A stretch of 64,000 nt of DNA, taken from NCBI RefSeq assembly GCF_016026235.1, contig NZ_CP065613.1. One strand, 5' to 3'. The notes under the pieces were generated by a model. It had not been told where the DNA came from, did not search any database, and was given only the letters and a program-made list of their open reading frames with translations. The stretch comes from Escherichia coli (lineage in GTDB: Bacteria > Pseudomonadota > Gammaproteobacteria > Enterobacterales > Enterobacteriaceae). Both the position numbers and the translations under genes were made by a program. Below are positions 53,577-64,000 of this stretch, in pieces (position 1 is the stretch's first letter; every line of letters begins with the position of its first letter).

Positions 53577-53952
53577 AGTATTCCTTTCATTCCTGAATGT
53601 GTAAGAGCTTTATGTTGCTCATACCGAGCGAAACAAACGCATTTGACCAAACAAGCAGACAAAAAAGGCGATGGGGTAGATCACCATTTCATAAGCATTG
53701 ATAGGTGCATTTAAAACACCGATAAACAAGAGACCGATAGTGATTAACGCAACTAACTGGCAAATATGGGTAAAAAAATTATCCAGTTGCCCGAGTTTTT
53801 CTGCGCGAAGATATGCATAGTTGCCAAAAGTTGCTGTCATTAACACGCCAAGAAAATAGCCTTTTCCACTCAACAATGGGCATGAGATCCATAGCCCGGT
53901 AATGCTGCCAACTTACTGATTTAGTGTATGATGGTGATTTTAAGGTGCTTGC

Positions 53953-54228
53953 GTGGCTTCCATTTCCATCAGATGTCCTTCCTGCTCCGCTACTGAAGGC
54001 GTGGTGCGTAACGGCAAAAGCACTGCCGGACATCAGCGCTATCTCTGCTCTCATTGCCGTAAAACATGGCAACTACAGTTCACTTACACCGCCTCTCAGC
54101 CCGGTACGCACCAGAAAATCATTGATATGGCCATGAATGGCGTCGGATGTCGCGCCAGTGCACGCATTATGGGCGTTGGCCTCAACACGGTTTTACGTCA
54201 CTTAAAAAACTCAGGCCGCAGTCGGTAA
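53953..54228 (+). CDS. insA: IS1 InsA (transposition inhibitor / N-terminal part of the InsAB' transposase)
   Basis: 91-aa [46 protein letters not shown]..., matching IS1 InsA. Confidence 0.92.
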   Translation: MASISIRCPSCSATEGVVRNGKSTAGHQRYLCSHCRKTWQLQFTYTASQPGTHQKIIDMAMNGVGCRASARIMGVGLNTVLRHLKNSGRSR

Positions 54229-54650
54229 CCTCGCGCATACAACCGGGCAGTGATGTGATTGTCTGCGCTGAAATGGACGAACAGTGGGGCTACGTCGGTG
54301 CTAAATCACGTCAGCGCTGGCTGTTTTACGCGTATGACAGGATACGGAGGACGGTTGTGGCGCACGTCTTCGGTGAACGCACTCTGGCCACACTGGAGCG
54401 TCTTCTGAGCCTGCTGTCGGCCTTTGAGGTCGTGGTATGGATGACGGATGGCTGGCCGCTGTATGAATCACGCCTGAAGGGAAAGCTGCACGTTATCAGC
54501 AAGCGTTACACTCAGCGCATTGAGCGACATAATCTGAATCTGAGACAACATCTGGCAAGGCTGGGACGGAAGTCACTGTCGTTCTCAAAATCGGTGGAGC
54601 TGCATGACAAGGTCATCGGGCATTATCTGAACATAAAACACTATCAGTAA
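54147..54650 (+). CDS. insB: IS1 InsB frame (expressed as the InsAB' transposase by -1 frameshift)
   Basis: 167-aa ORF in the -1 frame relative to insA, containing the IS1 transposase catalytic region; coordinates are the ORF-track frame, not a verified initiation site. Confidence 0.85.
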   Translation: MSRQCTHYGRWPQHGFTSLKKLRPQSVTSRIQPGSDVIVCAEMDEQWGYVGAKSRQRWLFYAYDRIRRTVVAHVFGERTLATLERLLSLLSAFEVVVWMTDGWPLYESRLKGKLHVISKRYTQRIERHNLNLRQHLARLGRKSLSFSKSVELHDKVIGHYLNIKHYQ

Positions 54651-54905
54651 GTTGGAGTCATTACCCCATAGCCCAACCAGATAAACCAGCGCCCCGACAA
54701 CAAATAATAGTTTTGCCACAGTCTTTGAGGTTTTCATAACGATCTCCATATCTACCAGCGATACATTACGAGTAACCAACGAAAGACAAAACTGAAAAAT
54801 GCCATTAACAAATGATTTTCAGAATAAATTCATACTAAATATTAATTAATTACTGAGATATATAGATGTGAATTATCCCCCACCCGGTCAGGCAGGGGAT
54901 AACGT

Positions 54906-56360
54906 TTACGCCATTAATGGCAGAAGTTGCTGATAGAGGCGACGGAACGTTTCTCGTCGTGGCTGATAAGCGGCATAACGCTGCGCATCTGGTAGATGCG
55001 ACTGTTCTAACGGTAGCTGCGGCAACAACTCAATGAGCGATTTCTCTGGATTCGCCGCAATCTGCGCCAGCCTTGCTGCGCCCAGTGCTGGCCCCACATC
55101 CCCCCCCGTACGGTAATCGAGCTGCTGACCGCTGATATCCGCCAGCATCTGACGCCAGTACTCACTACGCGCACCGCCACCAATCAACGTAACACTTTGC
55201 GGTTTAATGCCGCAGGCATGCACGACATCCATGCCATCTGCCAGCGCATAACCCACGCCTTCCAGCACTGCTCGCGCCAGTTCATTGGGGCCATGTTGAT
55301 GAGTCAAACCAAAGAAAACCCCTTTCGCCTGGGGATTATTGTGTGGTGTACGCTCGCCGGAAAGATAAGGCAGAAACCAAACTGGCTCGGCACTTTCATC
55401 AGCCTGTTGAGCTGCAGCGATTAAAGCTGGGACATTGCTCAGGCCGGTTAATTTCGCGGCCCAATCCAGACACGACGCTGCACTCAGCATTACAGACATT
55501 AAATGCCAACGCTGCGGTAGCGCATGGCAAAAGCTGTGTACGGCGCTTTCTGGCTTGCTTAAGAACCCTTCGCTGACAGCAAAATAGACCCCCGACGTCC
55601 CCAGCGATAACATTGCCTGATTAGCATCAACCATTCCCACACCAACTGCACCAGCTGCATTGTCGCCACCGCCTGCGACAACTGGCACCGTCGCCATACC
55701 CCACGCTTTCGCAACTTCAGGTAACAAAGCACCAGTAATTTCGCTGCCTTCGTATAATGCGGGCATCTGGTCACGAGATAAGTCGCAAGCCTGCAGCATG
55801 ACGTCACTCCAGTCACGCTTTGCGACATCCAGCCACATGGTGCCAGCTGCGTCAGACATATCGCTGGCAAACTCCCCCGTCATACGCAGACGCAAGTAAT
55901 CTTTCGGTAATAATACTTTGTCGATTTGACGGAATATCTCCGGCTCATGCCGCTGAACCCATAGCAATTTAGGCGCAGTAAATCCGGGCATCATCAGGTT
56001 GCCGGTAATCACCCGCGATAGCGGAACTCGCGCTTCCAGCAAAGCGCACTCTTGCGCACAGCGCCCGTCGTTCCACAAAATGGCAGGGCGCAAGACCCGT
56101 TGTTGAGCATCCAGTAAGGTTGCTCCGTGCATCTGGCCGGCAATACCCAATGCTTTAACGTCCTGCAGAGAATGCTGATCGCCCAGAGCTTTCATTGCGC
56201 GATCAGTTGCCTGCCACCACTGTTCCGGGTCTTGTTCCGACCAGAGTGGATGCGGGCGCGAAACGGTTAGCTTTTCCGTTTGCGAAGCAACCACCTCACC
56301 CTGCTCGTTGAGCAAAATAACTTTTACGCCCGAGGTGCCAAGATCTATCCCGATATACAT
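54906..56360 (-). CDS. xylB: Xylulokinase
   Basis: 484-aa ORF matching XylB (FGGY kinase). Confidence 0.95.
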   Translation of the reverse strand: MYIGIDLGTSGVKVILLNEQGEVVASQTEKLTVSRPHPLWSEQDPEQWWQATDRAMKALGDQHSLQDVKALGIAGQMHGATLLDAQQRVLRPAILWNDGRCAQECALLEARVPLSRVITGNLMMPGFTAPKLLWVQRHEPEIFRQIDKVLLPKDYLRLRMTGEFASDMSDAAGTMWLDVAKRDWSDVMLQACDLSRDQMPALYEGSEITGALLPEVAKAWGMATVPVVAGGGDNAAGAVGVGMVDANQAMLSLGTSGVYFAVSEGFLSKPESAVHSFCHALPQRWHLMSVMLSAASCLDWAAKLTGLSNVPALIAAAQQADESAEPVWFLPYLSGERTPHNNPQAKGVFFGLTHQHGPNELARAVLEGVGYALADGMDVVHACGIKPQSVTLIGGGARSEYWRQMLADISGQQLDYRTGGDVGPALGAARLAQIAANPEKSLIELLPQLPLEQSHLPDAQRYAAYQPRRETFRRLYQQLLPLMA

Positions 56361-56431
56361 ATCGATCGTTCCTTAAAAAAATGCCCGGTATCGCTACCGA
56401 TAACCGGGCCAACGGACTGCACAGTTAGCCG

Positions 56432-57754
56432 TTATTTGTCGAACAGATAATGATTTACCAGATTTTCCAGTTGCTCCTGGCGACCACTCTGATGCACCGG
56501 AGACAAATTATGTTCCTGAGCATATTTGGCTAAATCTGCCAGTGACATTTGGCCTTTCAGGATTTGCTGGCCTAATTCGCTATTCCAGCCGGAATAACGC
56601 TGCGCGATGCGTTTATCCAGCTCGCCATCTTCAATCATGCGCGCTGCAATTTTCAGCGCCAGTGCCATCGTATCCATCGCGCCGATATGACCGTAAAACA
56701 GATCATATTTATCAGTACTTTGACGACGTACTTTGGCATCGAAGTTCAGACCACCGGTGGTGAAACCGCCTGCTTTGAGAATTTCATACATCACCAGCGC
56801 ATTCTCTTCCACACTGTTCGGGAACTGGTCGGTGTCCCAGCCCAGTTGCGCATCGCCACGGTTGGCGTCGACAGAACCGAACAGGCCAAGCGCAATGGCA
56901 GTGGCTATTTCATGATGGAAAGAGTGACCTGCCAGCGTCGCGTGGTTAGCTTCAATGTTCAGTTTAATCTCTTTTTCCAGACCAAACTGTTTCAGGAAGC
57001 CATAGACCGTCGCGGCATCGTAATCATATTGATGTTTGGTCGGTTCTTGCGGTTTCGGTTCGATAAGCAACGTGCCCTGGAAACCGATTTTATGTTTATG
57101 CTCAACCACCATCTGCATAAAGCGGCCCAGTTGTTCACGCTCCTGACGCAAGTCGGTATTTAACAGCGTTTCGTAACCTTCACGACCGCCCCACAGGACA
57201 TAGTTTTCACCGCCCAATTTATGGGTTGCTTCCATCGCTGTAACAACTTGCGTTGCCGCCCAGCTGAAGACTTCAGGATCTGGGTTCGTCGCCGCACCCG
57301 CGCCGTAGCGAGGGTTTGTAAAGCAGTTGGCGGTTCCCCACAGCAGCTTCACGCCGCTCTCTTCTTGCTTGCCTGCCAGGACATCAACCATTTGCGCAAA
57401 ATTATTGATGTACTCTTTTAACGACGCGCCCTCAGGGGAAACATCCACATCGTGGAAGCAATAAAATGGCACATGTAACTTGTGGAAAAACTCAAATGCG
57501 ACATCTGCTTTACGCTTCGCCAACGCCAGTGCCTCACCAGGCTGCTGCCACGGACGATTAAACGCCCCCACACCAAACATATCCGCCCCGTTCCAGCAGA
57601 AGGTGTGCCAGTAGCAGGCGGCAAATCGCAAGTGCTCTTCCATACGCTTACCCAACACCAGTTCGTCGGGATTGTAGTGACGGAATGCTAACGGGTTTGA
57701 GGATTTTGAGCCTTCATAACGAACGCGATCGAGCTGGTCAAAATAGGCTTGCAT
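56432..57754 (-). CDS. xylA: Xylose isomerase
   Basis: ORF track gives 444 aa; trimmed to the [15 protein letters not shown] start (ATG verified at 57752-57754) gives 440 aa, matching XylA. Confidence 0.95.
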
Positions 57755-58119
57755 ATTGAACTCCATAATCAGGTAATGCCGCGGGTGATGGATGATGTCG
57801 TAATATTGGGCACTCCCTTTCAGTTGCTCAATTATGTTATTTCACACTGCTATTGAGATAATTCACAAGTGTGCGCTCGCTCGCAAAATAAAATGGGATG
57901 ATGAAACTGGGTAATTCCTCGAAGAGAAAAATGCAATAAGTACAATTGCGCAACAAAAGTAAGATCTCGGTCATAAATCAAGAAATAAACCAAAAATCGT
58001 AATCGAAAGATAAAAATCTGTAATTGTTTTCCCCTGTTTAGTTGCTAAAAATTGGTTACGTTTATCGCGGTGATTGTTACTTATTAAAGCTGTCCTCTAA
58101 CTACAGAAGGCCCTACACC
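57755..58119. promoter_or_regulatory. Divergent xylAB / xylFGHR control region (expected XylR and CRP operator sites)
   Basis: 365-bp AT-rich intergenic region between divergent xylA and xylF. Assignment rests on the known regulation of the xyl regulon; individual sites not resolved. Confidence 0.5.
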
Positions 58120-59112
58120 ATGAAAATAAAGAACATTCTACTCACCCTTTGCACCTCACTTCTGCTTACCAACGTTGCGGCACACGCCAAAGAAGTCAAA
58201 ATAGGTATGGCGATTGATGATCTCCGTCTTGAACGCTGGCAAAAAGATCGAGATATCTTTGTGAAAAAGGCAGAATCTCTCGGCGCGAAAGTATTTGTAC
58301 AGTCTGCAAATGGCAATGAAGAAACACAAATGTCGCAGATTGAAAACATGATAAACCGGGGTGTCGATGTTCTTGTCATTATTCCGTATAACGGTCAGGT
58401 ATTAAGTAACGTTGTAAAAGAAGCCAAACAAGAAGGCATTAAAGTATTAGCTTACGACCGTATGATTAACGATGCGGATATCGATTTTTATATTTCTTTC
58501 GATAACGAAAAAGTCGGTGAACTGCAGGCAAAAGCCCTGGTCGATATTGTTCCGCAAGGTAATTACTTCCTGATGGGCGGCTCGCCGGTAGATAACAACG
58601 CTAAGCTGTTCCGCGCCGGACAAATGAAAGTGTTACAACCTTACGTTGATTCCGGAAAAATTAAAGTCGTTGGTGACCAATGGGTTGATGGCTGGTTACC
58701 GGAAAACGCATTGAAAATTATGGAAAACGCGCTAACCGCCAATAATAACAAAATTGATGCTGTAGTTGCCTCAAACGATGCCACCGCAGGTGGGGCAATT
58801 CAGGCATTAAGCGCGCAAGGTTTATCAGGGAAAGTAGCAATTTCCGGCCAGGATGCGGATCTCGCAGGTATTAAACGTATTGCTGCCGGTACGCAAACTA
58901 TGACGGTGTATAAACCTATTACATTGCTGGCAAATACTGCCGCAGAAATTGCCGTTGAGTTGGGCAATGGTCAGGAACCAAAAGCAGATACCACACTGAA
59001 TAATGGCCTGAAAGATGTTCCCTCCCGCCTCCTGACACCGATCGATGTGAATAAAAACAACATCAAAGATACGGTAATTAAAGACGGATTCCACAAAGAG
59101 AGCGAGCTGTAA
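58120..59112 (+). CDS. xylF: D-xylose ABC transporter periplasmic binding protein
   Basis: ORF track gives 356 aa; trimmed to MKIKNILLTLCTSLLLTNVAAHA (ATG verified at 58120) gives 330 aa, matching XylF. Confidence 0.94.
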   Translation: MKIKNILLTLCTSLLLTNVAAHAKEVKIGMAIDDLRLERWQKDRDIFVKKAESLGAKVFVQSANGNEETQMSQIENMINRGVDVLVIIPYNGQVLSNVVKEAKQEGIKVLAYDRMINDADIDFYISFDNEKVGELQAKALVDIVPQGNYFLMGGSPVDNNAKLFRAGQMKVLQPYVDSGKIKVVGDQWVDGWLPENALKIMENALTANNNKIDAVVASNDATAGGAIQALSAQGLSGKVAISGQDADLAGIKRIAAGTQTMTVYKPITLLANTAAEIAVELGNGQEPKADTTLNNGLKDVPSRLLTPIDVNKNNIKDTVIKDGFHKESEL

Positions 59113-59189
59113 GCGTTACGCCCCGGCGCGGAGCGGGGGCGTGATTTCTCTCCATGCCGCGTGAATGAATTGGCTTAGGTGGAGTCGTT

Positions 59190-60731
59190 ATGCCTTATCT
59201 ACTTGAAATGAAGAACATTACCAAAACCTTCGGCAGTGTGAAGGCGATTGATAACGTCAGCTTGCGGTTGAATGCTGGCGAAATCGTCTCACTCTGTGGG
59301 GAAAATGGGTCTGGTAAATCAACGCTGATGAAAGTGCTGTGTGGTATTTATCCCCATGGCTCCTACGAAGGCGAAATTATTTTTGCGGGAGAAGAGATTC
59401 AGGCGAGTCACATCCGCGATACCGAACGCAAAGGTATCGCCATCATTCACCAGGAATTGGCCCTGGTGAAAGAATTGACCGTGCTGGAAAATATCTTCCT
59501 GGGTAACGAAATAACCCACAATGGCATTATGGATTATGACCTGATGACGCTACGCTGTCAGAAGCTGCTCGCACAGGTCAGTTTATCCATTTCACCTGAT
59601 ACCCGCGTTGGCGATTTAGGGCTTGGGCAACAACAACTGGTTGAAATTGCCAAGGCACTTAATAAACAGGTGCGCTTGTTAATTCTCGATGAACCGACAG
59701 CCTCATTAACTGAGCAGGAAACGTCGGTTTTACTGGATATTATTCGCGATCTACAACAGCACGGTATCGCCTGTATTTATATTTCGCACAAACTCAACGA
59801 AGTCAAAGCGATTTCCGATACGATTTGCGTTATTCGCGACGGACAGCACATTGGTACGCGTGATGCTGCCGGAATGAGTGAAGACGATATTATCACCATG
59901 ATGGTCGGGCGAGAGTTAACCGCGCTTTACCCTAATGAACCACATACCACCGGAGATGAAATATTACGTATTGAACATCTGACGGCATGGCATCCGGTTA
60001 ATCGTCATATTAAACGAGTTAATGATGTCTCGTTTTCCCTGAAACGTGGCGAAATACTGGGTATTGCCGGACTCGTTGGTGCCGGACGTACCGAGACCAT
60101 TCAGTGCCTGTTTGGTGTGTGGCCCGGACAATGGGAAGGAAAAATTTATATTGATGGCAAACAGGTAGATATTCGTAACTGTCAGCAAGCCATCGCCCAG
60201 GGGATTGCGATGGTCCCCGAAGACAGAAAGCGCGACGGCATCGTTCCGGTAATGGCGGTTGGTAAAAATATTACCCTCGCCGCACTCAATAAATTTACCG
60301 GTGGCATTAGCCAGCTTGATGACGCGGCAGAGCAAAAATGTATTCTGGAATCAATCCAGCAACTCAAAGTTAAAACGTCGTCCCCCGACCTTGCTATTGG
60401 ACGTTTGAGCGGCGGCAATCAGCAAAAAGCGATCCTCGCTCGCTGTCTGTTACTTAACCCGCGCATTCTCATTCTTGATGAACCCACCAGGGGTATCGAT
60501 ATTGGCGCGAAATACGAGATCTACAAATTAATTAACCAACTCGTCCAGCAGGGTATTGCCGTTATTGTCATCTCTTCTGAATTACCTGAAGTGCTCGGCC
60601 TTAGCGATCGTGTACTAGTGATGCATGAAGGGAAACTAAAAGCCAACCTGATAAATCATAACCTGACTCAGGAGCAGGTGATGGAAGCCGCATTGAGGAG
60701 CGAACATCATGTCGAAAAGCAATCCGTCTGA
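59190..60731 (+). CDS. xylG: D-xylose ABC transporter ATP-binding protein (tandem ABC domains)
   Basis: 513-aa ORF with two Walker A / ABC-signature sets (GENGSGKST ... LSGGNQQK); matches XylG. Confidence 0.94.
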   Translation: MPYLLEMKNITKTFGSVKAIDNVSLRLNAGEIVSLCGENGSGKSTLMKVLCGIYPHGSYEGEIIFAGEEIQASHIRDTERKGIAIIHQELALVKELTVLENIFLGNEITHNGIMDYDLMTLRCQKLLAQVSLSISPDTRVGDLGLGQQQLVEIAKALNKQVRLLILDEPTASLTEQETSVLLDIIRDLQQHGIACIYISHKLNEVKAISDTICVIRDGQHIGTRDAAGMSEDDIITMMVGRELTALYPNEPHTTGDEILRIEHLTAWHPVNRHIKRVNDVSFSLKRGEILGIAGLVGAGRTETIQCLFGVWPGQWEGKIYIDGKQVDIRNCQQAIAQGIAMVPEDRKRDGIVPVMAVGKNITLAALNKFTGGISQLDDAAEQKCILESIQQLKVKTSSPDLAIGRLSGGNQQKAILARCLLLNPRILILDEPTRGIDIGAKYEIYKLINQLVQQGIAVIVISSELPEVLGLSDRVLVMHEGKLKANLINHNLTQEQVMEAALRSEHHVEKQSV

Positions 60732-61890
60732 AGTGAAATTGGCCGTACCGACATCCGGTGGCTTCTCCGGGCTGAAATCACTGAATTTGCAGGTCTTCGT
60801 GATGATTGCAGCTATCATCGCAATCATGCTGTTCTTTACCTGGACCACCGATGGTGCCTACTTAAGCGCCCGTAACGTCTCCAACCTGTTACGCCAGACC
60901 GCGATTACCGGCATCCTCGCGGTAGGAATGGTGTTCGTCATAATTTCTGCTGAAATCGACCTTTCCGTCGGCTCAATGATGGGGCTATTAGGTGGCGTCG
61001 CGGCGATTTGTGACGTCTGGCTAGGCTGGCCTTTGCCACTTACCATCATTGTGACGTTGGTTCTGGGACTGCTTCTCGGTGCCTGGAACGGATGGTGGGT
61101 CGCGTACCGCAAAGTCCCTTCATTTATTGTCACTCTCGCGGGCATGTTGGCATTTCGCGGCATACTCATTGGCATCACCAACGGCACGACTGTATCCCCC
61201 ACCAGCGCCGCGATGTCACAAATTGGGCAAAACTATCTCCCCGCCAGCACCGGCTTCATCATTGGCGCGCTTGGCTTAATGGCTTTTGTTGGTTGGCAAT
61301 GGCGCGGAAGAATGCGCCGTCAGGCTTTGGGTTTGCAGTCTCCGGCCTCTACCGCAGTAGTCGGTCGCCAGGCTTTAACCGCTATCATCGTATTAGGCGC
61401 AATCTGGCTGTTGAATGATTACCGTGGCGTTCCCACTCCTGTTCTGCTGCTGACGTTGCTGTTACTCGGCGGAATGTTTATGGCAACGCGGACGGCATTT
61501 GGACGACGCATTTATGCCATCGGCGGCAATCTGGAAGCAGCACGGCTCTCCGGGATTAACGTTGAACGCACCAAACTTGCCGTGTTCGCAATTAACGGAT
61601 TAATGGTAGCCATCGCCGGATTAATCCTCAGTTCTCGACTTGGCGCTGGTTCACCTTCTGCGGGGAATATCGCCGAGCTGGACGCAATTGCAGCATGCGT
61701 GATTGGCGGCACCAGCCTGGCTGGCGGTGTCGGGAGCGTGGCTGGAGCGGTAATGGGGGCATTTATCATGGCTTCACTGGATAACGGCATGAGTATGATG
61801 GATGTACCGACCTTCTGGCAGTATATCGTTAAAGGTGCGATTCTGTTGCTGGCAGTATGGATGGACTCCGCAACCAAACGCCGTTCTTGA
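60709..61890 (+). CDS. xylH: D-xylose ABC transporter permease
   Basis: 393-aa hydrophobic ORF overlapping the xylG 3' end by 23 nt; matches XylH. Confidence 0.93.
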   Translation: MSKSNPSEVKLAVPTSGGFSGLKSLNLQVFVMIAAIIAIMLFFTWTTDGAYLSARNVSNLLRQTAITGILAVGMVFVIISAEIDLSVGSMMGLLGGVAAICDVWLGWPLPLTIIVTLVLGLLLGAWNGWWVAYRKVPSFIVTLAGMLAFRGILIGITNGTTVSPTSAAMSQIGQNYLPASTGFIIGALGLMAFVGWQWRGRMRRQALGLQSPASTAVVGRQALTAIIVLGAIWLLNDYRGVPTPVLLLTLLLLGGMFMATRTAFGRRIYAIGGNLEAARLSGINVERTKLAVFAINGLMVAIAGLILSSRLGAGSPSAGNIAELDAIAACVIGGTSLAGGVGSVAGAVMGAFIMASLDNGMSMMDVPTFWQYIVKGAILLLAVWMDSATKRRS

Positions 61891-61967
61891 TTTTGATAAA
61901 AATTTTCTCAAAGCCGGTAACGTATTACCGGTTTTGAGTTTTTGCATGATTCAGCAGGAAAAGAACC

Positions 61968-63146
61968 ATGTTTACTAAACGTCACCGCATCACATTACTG
62001 TTCAATGCCAATAAAGCCTATGACCGGCAGGTAGTAGAAGGCGTAGGGGAATATTTACAGGCGTCACAATCGGAATGGGATATTTTCATTGAAGAAGATT
62101 TCCGCGCCCGCATTGATAAAATCAAGGACTGGTTAGGAGATGGCGTCATTGCCGACTTCGACGACAAACAGATCGAGCAAGCGCTGGCTGATGTCGACGT
62201 CCCCATTGTTGGGGTTGGCGGCTCGTATCACCTTGCAGAAAGTTACCCACCCGTTCATTACATTGCCACCGATAACTATGCGCTGGTTGAAAGCGCATTT
62301 TTGCATTTAAAAGAGAAAGGCGTTAACCGCTTTGCTTTTTATGGTCTTCCGGAATCAAGCGGCAAACGTTGGGCCACTGAACGCGAATATGCATTTCGTC
62401 AGCTTGTCGCCGAAGAAAAGTATCGCGGAGTGGTTTATCAGGGGTTAGAAACCGCGCCAGAGAACTGGCAACACGCGCAAAATCGGCTGGCAGACTGGCT
62501 ACAAACGCTGCCACCGCAAACCGGGATTATTGCCGTTACTGACGCCCGGGCGCGGCATATTCTGCAAGTATGTGAACATCTACACATTCCCGTACCGGAA
62601 AAATTATGCGTGATTGGCATCGACAACGAAGAACTGACCCGCTATCTGTCGCGTGTCGCCCTTTCTTCGGTCGCTCAGGGCGCGCGGCAAATGGGCTATC
62701 AGGCGGCAAAACTGTTGCATCGATTATTAGATAAAGAAGAAATGCCGCTACAGCGAATTTTGGTCCCACCAGTTCGCGTCATTGAACGGCGCTCAACAGA
62801 TTACCGCTCGCTGACCGATCCCGCCGTTATTCAGGCCATGCATTACATTCGTAATCACGCCTGTAAAGGGATTAAAGTGGATCAGGTACTCGATGCGGTC
62901 GGGATCTCGCGCTCCAATCTTGAGAAGCGTTTTAAAGAAGAGGTGGGTGAAACCATCCATGCCATGATTCATGCCGAGAAGCTGGAGAAAGCGCGCAGTC
63001 TGCTGATTTCAACCACCTTGTCGATCAATGAGATATCGCAAATGTGCGGTTATCCATCGCTGCAATATTTCTACTCTGTTTTTAAAAAAGCATATGACAC
63101 GACGCCAAAAGAGTATCGCGATGTAAATAGCGAGGTCATGTTGTAG
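61968..63146 (+). CDS. xylR: Xylose operon transcriptional activator (AraC/XylS family)
   Basis: 392-aa ORF with a periplasmic-binding-protein-like N-domain and a C-terminal AraC-type HTH; matches XylR. Confidence 0.93.
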   Translation: MFTKRHRITLLFNANKAYDRQVVEGVGEYLQASQSEWDIFIEEDFRARIDKIKDWLGDGVIADFDDKQIEQALADVDVPIVGVGGSYHLAESYPPVHYIATDNYALVESAFLHLKEKGVNRFAFYGLPESSGKRWATEREYAFRQLVAEEKYRGVVYQGLETAPENWQHAQNRLADWLQTLPPQTGIIAVTDARARHILQVCEHLHIPVPEKLCVIGIDNEELTRYLSRVALSSVAQGARQMGYQAAKLLHRLLDKEEMPLQRILVPPVRVIERRSTDYRSLTDPAVIQAMHYIRNHACKGIKVDQVLDAVGISRSNLEKRFKEEVGETIHAMIHAEKLEKARSLLISTTLSINEISQMCGYPSLQYFYSVFKKAYDTTPKEYRDVNSEVML

Positions 63147-63161
63147 CGATGATGAGAATTG

Positions 63162-63243
63162 TCGGCGTCGCATCAGGTAACTCAGCACAACCACCTGATG
63201 CGATCAAAAGCCTTATCCGACCGACAAGTCGGATAAGGCTCGA
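63162..63243. repeat. REP-type palindromic repeat cluster between xylR and bax
   Basis: GCGTCGCATCAGGT ... CACCTGATGCGA and GCCTTATCCGACC-GACAAG-TCGGATAAGGC palindromes, typical of REP/BIME elements. Confidence 0.6.
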
Positions 63244-63253
63244 GGAAATACAA

Positions 63254-64000
63254 TTACATATGCGCCGCGATTAACCGTTGGTTATCCTGGTACATTGCGA
63301 ACAGGTAGTTGTTATAACTCTTCCCTTTGGTCGAGTAGCCCTTCAGCTTGTGAATCATCGCTGTGGCAGTCACTTCCTGATCCGCTTTACGCAGCTGCGC
63401 ACGCGATTTACGGAACGAAGAGTAAGCCGGGTGCGTATTGAGGTTAGTGACATAGGCGCTCACCGATTCTTTGACAGAACTAAACTGTGAGTACCCTTTC
63501 ACTTTACCCGGCGCATTGGTACAACGTCCTTTCATGCATTTCATGCCGAAAAGATTGTTGTTGTTGCGCGCCAGCTTCGACGTTCCCCAACCGCTTTCTG
63601 CTGCAGCCATCGTCGCCACCATACTGGTGGGGATAATGTCTACGCGTTCAAGCAAGGTATTCCACGGGATTTTTCGCGTATTACCAGACCACTTCACCTT
63701 GTAGCGTTTGGCGATGTCTTTCAGACGCGCACGCTCAGCAGGTGACCATTGGCCCTGATACTGTTTTGAAATCAGCCAGTTACGTTCTGCAGTAATGGCT
63801 GCATTTTGGCTGGTAATGTAAGGCATTACGGTCCGGAGAAACGCCTTTTTCCTTGGTGTTCCGGAAGGGTATTTTCGCAAATCAGGAAGTGAACTACTCT
63901 TTGCACTATTGCGAGAATACTCTTGTTTACTGCTTACCTGTTTATTACTAGCTTTAGTTAAGTGGGACTTTTGACTCGCTGTTGTTGTGTGCGTCTTCGC
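63254..64000 (-). CDS. bax: Putative glucosaminidase / amidase-domain protein Bax (5' end beyond the window)
   Basis: ORF track gives 208 aa from a TTG at 63880, but the frame stays open on the minus strand to the window edge (no in-frame stop across 63881-64000), so the gene is truncated by the window and not by mutation. Confidence 0.8.
   Translation of the reverse strand, partial: AKTHTTTASQKSHLTKASNKQVSSKQEYSRNSAKSSSLPDLRKYPSGTPRKKAFLRTVMPYITSQNAAITAERNWLISKQYQGQWSPAERARLKDIAKRYKVKWSGNTRKIPWNTLLERVDIIPTSMVATMAAAESGWGTSKLARNNNNLFGMKCMKGRCTNAPGKVKGYSQFSSVKESVSAYVTNLNTHPAYSSFRKSRAQLRKADQEVTATAMIHKLKGYSTKGKSYNNYLFAMYQDNQRLIAAHM

Larger units (their letters stand above)
53898..54665 (+). mobile_element. 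IS1 insertion sequence (768 bp) with a 9-bp target-site duplication CCATAGCCC
   Basis: Left end GGTAATGCTGCCAACTTACTGAT and right end ATCAGTAAGTTGGAGTCATTACC form the IS1 inverted repeats; insA and insB frames are inside. CCATAGCCC occurs at 53889-53897 and 54666-54674. Confidence 0.93.
53619..54737 (-). pseudogene. yiaB: yiaB interrupted by IS1 after codon 24
   Basis: N-terminal fragment MKTSKTVAKLLFVVGALVYLVGLW (54666-54737) and C-terminal fragment from GLWISCPLLSGKGYFLG... to the stop at 53619, separated by the 768-bp IS1. The duplicated 9 bp encode G-L-W on both sides. Confidence 0.85.

Noticed and set aside
63254-63880. bax appearing N-terminally truncated at 208 aa
   Set aside because: The frame is open upstream to the window edge, so the short length is a window artefact and not a mutation.

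Overview
This 64 kb window reads as an Escherichia coli-type chromosome segment, syntenic with the K-12 yhjJ–dctA–bcs–dpp–eptB–bisC–cspA–glyQS–xyl–bax region. I found no evidence of a previously undescribed system; every accessory feature belongs to a known family. All gene identifications rest on my recollection of protein sequences and K-12 gene order applied to the supplied ORF track, not on a database search. CDS coordinates include the stop codon, and several N-termini were trimmed from the ORF-track start to an internal ATG that I checked in the sequence. The window differs from my memory of K-12 in six places: (1) bcsG carries an in-frame TAG that splits it in two; (2) bcsQ is intact at codon 6; (3) three tandem 483-bp ldr/rdl toxin–antitoxin repeats sit between bcsG and yhjV; (4) an lpfABCDE-like chaperone-usher fimbrial operon lies between eptB and yhjX; (5) an IS10-like element with flanking direct repeats sits between the yhjX stop and the lpf upstream region; (6) an IS1 with a 9-bp target duplication interrupts yiaB. 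The hokA locus has no IS nearby. The best follow-up targets are the bcsG amber, the ldr/rdl array and the IS next to the lpf promoter region.
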